A stretch of 64,000 bases of DNA from a virus (lineage: Duplodnaviria; Caudoviricetes). Shown here in pieces: positions 50,801 through 58,800 of this stretch (position 1 is its first letter; each line of letters opens with the position of its first letter). The stretch lies in IMG/VR virus record IMGVR_UViG_3300031993_000004, positions 128,001 to 192,000 of that record. One strand, 5' to 3'. Made by a program: the position numbers and the translations under genes. The notes under the pieces were generated by a model. That model had not been told where the DNA came from, searched no databases, and saw nothing but the letters and a program-made list of their open reading frames with translations.

Positions 50801-51368
50801 CACAACGAATACAATCCAGGCATACAATAACCCAAAGAAGATCGGACATAAATCAATCAATATCTTCAAAACCAATCGTGGTATCATTCAGCACACGCAA
50901 GCACCACGGTCAACTGGAGATATTCAGATGGTGTTCAAACACGATGATTGTTTCTATAACAATTATGGTCCATTGCCATCAGGTGCAAATTTTTACAAAG
51001 TGCTCAAGGGTGAAGTGATTGGACCATATGGTGAGATCATCTCTGTTCCAAACGGAACGACTATCCGTGTTGAGGTTGTACCTGCTGATGGGTTTGAGTT
51101 CTTGGTTGGTGCATTCAAATGGTATCTCCAAGATTTCACCCTTTCATACAACACCGATGGTGACATCAGCAATTCTAGCATTGCTTGGACTTCGAGCACT
51201 GCAACAGCTGACGACAAAGATCAGCAAAATGGTACCGCAATCACACTGACGCGTGATATTGCTGTGCTTGGTATCGGTATCGGTATAACCGTAAACACGC
51301 CACAAGTGCTGACTGCAACGATGATCAAGAGCATCAAAATCACAACGGATCCACATTTGTCGACATAA
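47826..51368 (+). CDS. Tail fibre/receptor-binding-like protein, paralogue B (1180 aa)
   Basis: Collinear similarity to the 44656 protein: NLYVIQ..YGLNLITDGG, YATDKWW, QNKKYF and GWRDYVYI. Confidence 0.65.
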   Translation: MNEITQRTGSIFDEHPQLRTFRENFMKHHPDVNFDAKNLYVIQSFNQDGELTDEHYGLNLITDGGLTAMNANTNNTNGKLALLEGVEEASSVLEYAFPTYTAIINNTSTDTANSVYPMAYDSTTGIVTQHASKTKWIYDYNIDGITRDIEVNCIIYYYTGTGAGGFNNTPVAKVTTYDVNGLPASFTKHLNEKMVITLYIVNSFHEDLIDDAYDQGIYITMNPGRIAGIGSGSNIWAKQWMCWSSLYTAYDATDNSAYTKTYTSLSNLSYYSESKYMQQNGEMTDSNYSGWTLMTDPRCFYSRSMLRFGNWYSSGFSDGGVIHITEEMKLATPEEIVCDTVYTNNSETGSLSNTFGLCAFAVEYCQGMIPVADFSISAVKGYNYTTHAWDIDISFIDEPDAYYDNPFCQSRLNVGISGATPQWDNYVYTNPRAKTITGRPPAVPVTALAPTASKVYTMYATDKWWDVSSWELIANRNAIPQSLQNKKYFISSGGDNDTLIPTYDQAVHRLNVGTEHTVLNTPAAPYWVQGFRPIINKDDGWILVQDHILFMNGNDVAASYRLHGPEMVPWMYYSTRWEYAYQNLYVYDGTDYVLNTSPTYNSRTTYYIDGLDEYTIRYNVGNKLLVGSHVGTYNTGYPTKLRLYTIIDASTPPTYIDITVDTNTTNRQYFSMYSGSQSGYYVIQDQQTHCANIISLADGSVVKLENVMYCFAVEYSNYCVYMDYNSSPIMFHVYDMTTNTIRSDIILPSEYANIVYMCGWRDYVYIKSTSGTSSYVNIINVEDGSINLSSVVIPNVFPSLTYNSGSAVANAWRLNMLVGQMYTEECMIISQPWQGSNSPIVIKYSDPETTFDLFKNGYLNERPIDAYFERNNYNGKSGSLVSYIVHDEQSISQSKLLLVNALGTQVGYQSATSKEYWIYDSSEFYPSVLDIGLAIDSGSPTNLCRFHGMKTTDATYSHGALVYWNNGIIRIDKNGDGVWRPLQWFIASQVTGTTNTIQAYNNPKKIGHKSINIFKTNRGIIQHTQAPRSTGDIQMVFKHDDCFYNNYGPLPSGANFYKVLKGEVIGPYGEIISVPNGTTIRVEVVPADGFEFLVGAFKWYLQDFTLSYNTDGDISNSSIAWTSSTATADDKDQQNGTAITLTRDIAVLGIGIGITVNTPQVLTATMIKSIKITTDPHLST

Positions 51369-51385
51369 TTCAGATATCTGACATA

Positions 51386-51400
51386 TATATTATTACTATG
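51386..51400 (+). promoter_or_regulatory. Early-type promoter with no downstream protein gene
   Basis: Perfect TATATTAT-tactat-G. Confidence 0.65.
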
Positions 51401-51628
51401 AACGAGAAGAAACTGACGCGTTCCGGGATCAAAGGTTTGATGTCTAACGTACCTCCCGGGTGTCCAACTATGACGACGCGTAGATTGCATTGTGTTTCTG
51501 ATCGTTCTATTCAAAATGCATGAATGAAATGCGAGTTTGAAATTCACAAATCATCGGACAGATGGTCATGCCGTACGGGCGTGGTGAAAGGATACTCGTA
51601 TTTTCATTCATGTGTTTATTTTTTTTTT
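51400..51628 (+). ncRNA. Candidate structured ncRNA (about 230 nt, two multibranch domains)
   Basis: Domain 1 spans 51400-51507 and domain 2 spans 51518-51613, each with nested stems. Ends in an 11-T run. Confidence 0.65.
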
Positions 51629-51635
51629 GATGAAA

Positions 51636-51661
51636 TGATGTGGGGCGTAAGCCCCACATCA
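51636..51661. terminator. Terminator between convergent units
   Basis: TGATGTGGGGC-gtaa-GCCCCACATCA. Confidence 0.8.
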
Positions 51662-51670
51662 ATCTCATTC

Positions 51671-54600
51671 TTATATGATATTCAATACAATGTTTGAATC
51701 AGAGAGAACGAACATTTCCGGTACATACCGTTCAAGTTCATTCTTCGGCATATCGTCCAATTCATCCCACCGTTGAACAATCGCCTGATAATCGGCATTC
51801 ATATAATGTCCATTCAGAAGTTTCTTCTGGTTGGTGTACCAACCTTTGAACTTCAAGAATGCAACATTTGGATGTTCCTCAAGCTGTTGAATCAGCTGGG
51901 AGATGTAAATGTTGTTGTCCATCGAAATCATATCAACCGGAGTATGCACAGTTGTGATGCGGTTGAAGTATGACTTGATCATCTGACGAACTTCGTTCAG
52001 TGTGTTTGTCGACAATGCAGGGTTGTACAACTTCAAATCGAACTCAATCTGGACATCCAAATCCGGCCAGAATGCAGGCGGATCCAGAGTTTTGTCAACA
52101 TCAGCAACATATGAGTGTGGGAGACCATAAGTTGCAATCAACTTGCAATCCAGATAGTTATTACCTTCCAAGCGTTTGAAGATAACTGGTTCAATTTCTT
52201 TATGCACTGTCGTGAATGCATTCACGAATGACTCGAACATATCAGAATTCATCATCCGAGCTTGCACAAATGGCATGAGCTGCACCTCAATCGCACTGTT
52301 GACAGATGTTTGAGAGAAGATCTCATCGATCTGTGCAGGATAAATCGATGTGTTGTTGTACACACGTTCCCAGTCGACATTTCCAATATACGGAGCTTCT
52401 GCAAGATCTTCCAATGTCAAACGCAATTCTGTCATGAATCCGGTAGACAATTCCGGAACTTCTGGATTTGTTCCGTATGTATGAATGATGTCATCCAACT
52501 GCGACTTCATATCACCCGCAGCGTTCTTGATGTCTTCAAACGAAAGTCCGGAGTCATCAATGGTACCGGTGATGATGTGATATGCATACTGTTTGATTGT
52601 ATACAGGTTCTTCACAGTCGGATCATATTCACCGAGTTCAATCAGTTTGTCGTATGCTTCAATCTGAACTTCTGACGGCTGCTGATATTCACCGAAGTTT
52701 ACAACACTCCGCATTTCCTTCAGCTCTTGTACAAGTGAGAATTGATCAATGTTCCACTTGTCTTGGAGACGATATCCCTTGAACGAATCATCGCCGTCGA
52801 TTGGTGATTCCAACGTCGCATCTTCTGACTTGAACAGAATATTCATTGTCAGTTCAGGTGTTGTAGCATCGACTGTCACGATCTTCGAAGAGTTTGTCGA
52901 AACCCATGAGCCGCCGCCATATTCTGTAGAAGCAATTTTAATTCGGTTATCAACATCAACCATTTTGTTCAACGGATACATCTGCGTATCGAAACGGATA
53001 CTGCCATCAGATTCAATCTGAACTGGCTGCATTTCAACACGTCCGGTTGTAATTCCGTCAACCTTTGCTTCCAACACGACACGCATGTTGTTTTTCACAA
53101 GCTGCAGTTGATCAGATACCATATAGAACAACGGAATGTTTGTGTTGCTCATGACGGCAGACAGTGGCATTTTATAATATGCGACTGCACTTTCTGATGC
53201 GGTCGGTTTCATATCGGCATACAAGATGATGCTCTTGCCATTTACCTCATTCAAATCGAATCGACAGGTACCATTGCCCAAATCAATTGGTGTATACGGC
53301 GTATAAATATTCGCAGCATTGCTGATTTGATATTGAACCGTGATACCATTGCTGTATTTGAGTTGGAAGTAAATTGTCGGTGCATACGACTGTCCGATAC
53401 GGTACAGCTTGGTTTCGCCATATTTTGTCAGACTGGTTTCAAACACATCATTCGAAACTGTCATAGACTCGAGCGTACCATCTTCTTGACCATCTTTCAA
53501 CCGCAATTCATAATAATTCTGCGACGGATATCGCTGGAACGAAATCGGATCCGTATCTTCAATTGCCGGATAGATATGGAGTTCCGTATCACCGGTGACC
53601 TTGACTTCTTCACACGGTCCATTTTCTCCCCACAATTCATTGCTGCCCTTGACGCCAGCAAAGCTATCACTGACTGCGATTGGATATTCTTTTTTCTCCG
53701 GTCCAGAATAATCTTCAATTCTCAAACCAGACAATGCCCACGTACCATCATTGTTACGGGATTTTTCTGTTACGCACAGATATGTCGTGTTCGGATTGAA
53801 TACAGTATATTGCTTCTTCGGATCCTGAACAAGAATCGGAATCATCGCAGCATACATGTCGACCGGTTTCACGAAATAGTTCCACATGATATCCGGGAAT
53901 GACGGTACTGCAGCATTCCGTCTGAAATGCTTTACGAATTCGGAACCGACATACGATGGTGCCTGATTCGGAATAATAACCGATTCAATGTTGTAGTAAT
54001 CCTTTTGATATGTGCGGACAATGTGAACGAACGACGGGGTTCCATGATAAATGATACTCTTATCCTCAGCACTCAGTGATGTATCCTGATATGCAAATGG
54101 GGTATTAACAATCGAAGCTGTTGCTGTCGTATTCACCCATGGGTTGAAGTATCCAATGGCAAATGGTGATTTCTGAATACGAATACCGAATGGATTTGCA
54201 AACAGGAAATCTTCATCAAAGTTTGCCGTGGTAGAAGCTGTTTCCACCTGTTCATTTGTTGTAACGACAAGCGGTTTCACAGTATACCGATTGGATTCTT
54301 TGTTTGCGTAAACCCATGCCCACCCTGGCGGAATAATGATTTCATTTCCATTCGGAGAAATGATTCCATCGTTGCTTCCATACAGAACACGATATGGGAT
54401 TCTTCCATGTAATGTGTTCGTTCTGTAAACATCGCCGTTGGGATCTGTCAATGCAATGAATCCGCTCCAAATTCTGCCCCATGGATCATCTCTCCGTTTG
54501 AAGAAGAACGGATACAGAATCTGTTTGAACAGAAACGTCTTGAACCATTCATAGATGTCATGGTCGGATGAAATAACATTTGCAGTGTTATACGCTTCAA

Positions 54601-55675
54601 TCGTCTCTCTGCGAGTCGTTTCATTCGTTCCAATGTTTGTACCTGAATGGCTTCCGGATGTTACAAACGCGGACTTCGTGACATTTCCGTTGTTGGTGTA
54701 CTTGTTCGTCGATGTGATGATCGATACAGACTCTTCTGTCGTAAAAGATGAGAAGTTCGCAGCCTTTCCATGACATGTGTACACCGTGAACACGAATGAC
54801 GAGTTTAGTTCCGGAACAAAGAAACGGTTTCCGTTCATTTGGAATTTGAAACGAATCGTTTGTGGAGAGTCCATGATGTAGTGCACATACGGAAGCTGAT
54901 CACTAACATCCGAGTGAATTGGCAGAATGTGATCTTTGTCAAGATACTGCTCATTGCCAGATGCATCGACATACTTCACATCAAATCCAGCAATATGATT
55001 CTGACATGTGATGACAAAATCATCATTCGGGATTCCATTCGTCATGTTGTTGACGGACGTGTGTGTCTGCCGCTCGAACTCGGACATCTGAACGAAGATG
55101 TGCAACCAATCCGAAGATGTCCGATACAGAATGTATGGCTTCTTGTTGATTGCGATCGAATTCTGCTCGTCCATATTCGTATACTGAATATTCCACGTCG
55201 GATTCTCAGTATTCGTAAATTGGATCAACACGTCATAATCCAACGAATAAATCGATCCATTCGCGAGATTAATCTTCGTATTTTTATCCAATACGAATTC
55301 CATCAAATTTCTATGCTGCGGATTCTCTTTGGCATTCTTAAACAAATCCGACAGTTTCAATTCGATCATGAAATTGCAAACTGATGGAATTGCGAATGAA
55401 TAGCCGATGTTGAAGATCGCCGCATTCGCATATATGGAATCGGACAGCACTGCTTTTGTGATAAATGACTCATTCAGATAGAATGCCGATGTAAATGCCA
55501 TGTTCTCGAGTGCCTGTGACATGTACTCAGATGCAACCGAGAAGAAACCACTGTTCAAAACGTTCAGCGGAATGTCATGGAATACGCGCGGCATCAGAAC
55601 TTCCTGAATGTATTGCTTTGTCTTCGAATCATCGGAATAATTCTGCAAAACAACATTGGGATCTTGTGTCGCCAT
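51671..55675 (-). CDS. Baseplate wedge protein (T4 gp6-like)
   Basis: N-terminal LNESFITKAVLSDSIYANAA is a gp6/J-like motif. Also YTCHGKAANF and C-terminal IYISQLIQQLE. 1334 aa, RBS AGGAGG. Confidence 0.7.
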   Translation of the reverse strand: MATQDPNVVLQNYSDDSKTKQYIQEVLMPRVFHDIPLNVLNSGFFSVASEYMSQALENMAFTSAFYLNESFITKAVLSDSIYANAAIFNIGYSFAIPSVCNFMIELKLSDLFKNAKENPQHRNLMEFVLDKNTKINLANGSIYSLDYDVLIQFTNTENPTWNIQYTNMDEQNSIAINKKPYILYRTSSDWLHIFVQMSEFERQTHTSVNNMTNGIPNDDFVITCQNHIAGFDVKYVDASGNEQYLDKDHILPIHSDVSDQLPYVHYIMDSPQTIRFKFQMNGNRFFVPELNSSFVFTVYTCHGKAANFSSFTTEESVSIITSTNKYTNNGNVTKSAFVTSGSHSGTNIGTNETTRRETIEAYNTANVISSDHDIYEWFKTFLFKQILYPFFFKRRDDPWGRIWSGFIALTDPNGDVYRTNTLHGRIPYRVLYGSNDGIISPNGNEIIIPPGWAWVYANKESNRYTVKPLVVTTNEQVETASTTANFDEDFLFANPFGIRIQKSPFAIGYFNPWVNTTATASIVNTPFAYQDTSLSAEDKSIIYHGTPSFVHIVRTYQKDYYNIESVIIPNQAPSYVGSEFVKHFRRNAAVPSFPDIMWNYFVKPVDMYAAMIPILVQDPKKQYTVFNPNTTYLCVTEKSRNNDGTWALSGLRIEDYSGPEKKEYPIAVSDSFAGVKGSNELWGENGPCEEVKVTGDTELHIYPAIEDTDPISFQRYPSQNYYELRLKDGQEDGTLESMTVSNDVFETSLTKYGETKLYRIGQSYAPTIYFQLKYSNGITVQYQISNAANIYTPYTPIDLGNGTCRFDLNEVNGKSIILYADMKPTASESAVAYYKMPLSAVMSNTNIPLFYMVSDQLQLVKNNMRVVLEAKVDGITTGRVEMQPVQIESDGSIRFDTQMYPLNKMVDVDNRIKIASTEYGGGSWVSTNSSKIVTVDATTPELTMNILFKSEDATLESPIDGDDSFKGYRLQDKWNIDQFSLVQELKEMRSVVNFGEYQQPSEVQIEAYDKLIELGEYDPTVKNLYTIKQYAYHIITGTIDDSGLSFEDIKNAAGDMKSQLDDIIHTYGTNPEVPELSTGFMTELRLTLEDLAEAPYIGNVDWERVYNNTSIYPAQIDEIFSQTSVNSAIEVQLMPFVQARMMNSDMFESFVNAFTTVHKEIEPVIFKRLEGNNYLDCKLIATYGLPHSYVADVDKTLDPPAFWPDLDVQIEFDLKLYNPALSTNTLNEVRQMIKSYFNRITTVHTPVDMISMDNNIYISQLIQQLEEHPNVAFLKFKGWYTNQKKLLNGHYMNADYQAIVQRWDELDDMPKNELERYVPEMFVLSDSNIVLNII

Positions 55676-55752
55676 GTTCTTTACCTCCTATATGGGATTA
55701 TTTGGTAAAAACCCAAATGTAATGTTTGACGCCTAATAAATAGGTGTTCACA

Positions 55753-55783
55753 TTACTTCAACGTTTTCGAAACGTTGTATACT
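55753..55783. promoter_or_regulatory. Divergent late-type promoters in an imperfect palindrome
   Basis: Minus strand AAAACG-ttgaag-TAA (55753-55767) and plus strand GAAACG-ttgta-TAC, around the core CAACGTTTTCGAAACGTTG. Confidence 0.45.
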
Positions 55784-55812
55784 ATTTATATACGAAAGGA
55801 GCTGCTTTCTCA

Positions 55813-58800
55813 ATGAGCATGGATAATGTACAATTGAAACAGGAAGATGCGTTTGGTGATCATGTGGTATTGTCTGATATCAATCCTGTATCAAATACAA
55901 AATCTATCGACAATGATGATACCGGTGAGAAGCTGAATGAAACTCTTTCTAGACTCTGGGAAGCGATCAATAACAAGCTGTCTCGATATGTAAATTCTGT
56001 GAATGGGCGTACAGGCGTTGTTGTGTTGAATTCCGATGACGTCGGTTTGGGAAATGTCGACAATGTATCATTCGCAGTCATCAAGTCGTGGGTTATCAAT
56101 GAGATCGAAAATGCATTCAAGAACAAACAGCTGCATATGTATGACACATATACGGATGCATTTAATGCGGCAGCAACGAATGACAGAACACTTGCATGGG
56201 CACCATTCTATTGTGATATGTACGGCGAGAGTGATCGTCGTTCTGTCATCGGTGTGTTTACGTGGAATGATTCATCCTCAACTCTCGACCTGACCTATCG
56301 TATGATCAATACGATTGGTTATGCTGATGAATCAATCCTGTATCGTACCTCGTCATCTGATTATCCGACCGAAAATGATGGTCTGAACCGCGACATTCCC
56401 GTCGGTGGAATCGGTGTTAACATCTATCAAGAGGAACGCCCGGAAGACCAGGTACTGTTCCTTGAACGCGGCGGATCCAAAGCCGTATCTGGTCTCAGAA
56501 TCGACAATGAGAAAATCGGCTCTCGTGTCTATTATGAAGACACGCCATATGGAGAGTTTAATCCAGAGACTGGTTTGCCGAGTGTAGAACCAGGCGGCTA
56601 TATGCTGTGGCGCTACAAGCAGGGTACTGGTCAGGGAGCCGACTACAAGGGATACAAAGTCCGAATTTTCATTGACGGACACGAAATTACACCGAAATTC
56701 ACAACAGTATCTTCAACAAATCCTGAACCGGAAGAATATACCAGAGAATTCTACATCGATAATCGTTGGGTCAATTATGCTTCTATGAGAAACAACGATA
56801 TCGTCGTAATGAGATTCTCAAACTTCATTCGGGATAATGACACAACGTCTGCCGGCGTTTGCTTGGATCTGAGCAGATGCCAGCCGGCAGTTGGCCGAAT
56901 CGTTAAGAGTTCCAATCCGGAATTCGATTACGACATCTATTTCCAGACTCTGAATCCGAACACGAACGGCTATGGTCTGATGACAATGGAAACGCATCAG
57001 AATCGTGATGTTAAGAGTACACAACTCGGTGTCAACATGTTGACATCTCGTGCCACACCTGATGGACGTATTGGTCATGGTGCATATAGATATGCGAATG
57101 GATATTCGATCAATATGTCTGGAATCATGACATATGCCGGTGAGGAATCTGTTAAGAATACTCTGGAACATCGTAACCCGAATATACTTCGTGGTATTCA
57201 CACGCCATGGAGTGCAGGAATTTCATCGGGTATATCTGTATATAACCTCCCGGAAGATCCTTCAAACAAGGGAAGTATGCACATTTCAACGGATGGTACG
57301 TTGTGTACATATCCATATTATCAGGCACTTGCAACGCGTCTTCGTGCTGGTGTTGCACCTGAATGGATCTCCGGAAAGTTCTATCAGAAAAACGGAGATT
57401 CATATGAAGTATTGACGTCAGAACCTGCCGGATGGAATTATCTATTCTTCATGTACTACGTCAAAGATGAGAATGATGCATACGTTTCTGTCTCGGGTAT
57501 TAAACAGGCATACAGTGCGATCAACTTCAGAACTTATGAAGGAGACCCAACAAAACAATTGTGTGTCGGATCATTGATGGCAAGCAATGCTGTCTTTGAT
57601 AATCAGGGTTATTCGTTGTCAAATGACTACAACAGCATTTATTATCCAAAAGACAGCACGGTTGAAAACCCGGCAGGCTTGGATCAATCAGATTTCATCG
57701 GTGGAACACAAGCATCCATCGGAATTAATCTTTACAAAGTTTCATCGTCATTGTATGATCATGATCCGAATGCGACCGTTGATTCAGTTGATATGTTTGA
57801 ACATATCAAAGAAAAATTCGGTTACCAATTTTTCAATTTGTCTGGTATGCGCATGAACTTTGCCGATTGGCCATATGATGACGGAAATCTTCCTATTATT
57901 GATTCTGGCACGACACATCAGTTTGATCCGAAGATGCTGTACATGATGGGTCTTCATGATTATAAGGATGCATACGGCAATGATCGCAAGTCATATATCG
58001 TTCCTGGAAGTTTCTCTGACGGTATTTCTATCAATGTCGGACGTTTTCTTGAGATTACTCCGAAGAAGACATATCGTGCAGAAAAATATTGGGAAGGCGG
58101 TAAAGTTCAAGTCCGTGTAGGTCCTGGAATGACTGAAGAAGTTGTTCAATACGATGTCACCGATGTTGTCAAGAACGGCAAATCTGCCATGACTGCTGAT
58201 ATGCCGTTCACATATGACGAGCTCGTCGAACGTTGGTTCACGACAGGCGAAGAGTTCGTTTTGTGGATCAATGAGTACACACAACATCTGGGAACAGTCA
58301 TCCACAATCAACTCGATTCAACTGGTGAAGAACCCGAAGATTGGGAAGATGAATGGTATCGGTATGAGTACAACGTCGGTACTGAGGAAGATCCCGAGTA
58401 CGTATTCCTTCCGAATATACCAGGTCAGGATATTGGATTCAATGTAATGTCCCCAACATACATGGGTCCATATTATGAACCAAACAGAACTGGTGTACTC
58501 GGTGGATGCATGACATTCGCAGAGCTTCGCAATAACATCTTCAATTCCAGCAGATTCTCAAGTGCAAAACTGATTTGGAATCGCCCGACAAACAGATTGA
58601 CACCAAAGCTTGATCCTGAGACTTTGGCAATCAATCAGAGTGGTCAAATTACAGTCATTGGTGGTGCAAATGATGCACTGACAACAAATATTCGTATTAT
58701 CGATCCCGATGGATTCTATGCGGATACATATCATGATGACGACCGTGATGACACGCAACCTCCACATACTGAACATATTCTGCTTGGAGATGGTCTCGCA

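Noticed and set aside
51398-51523. 41-codon ORF MNEKKLTRSG... within the candidate ncRNA
   Set aside because: It has no RBS, and its ATG begins two bases upstream of the inferred start G51400. The ATG is part of the promoter pattern also seen at other copies.
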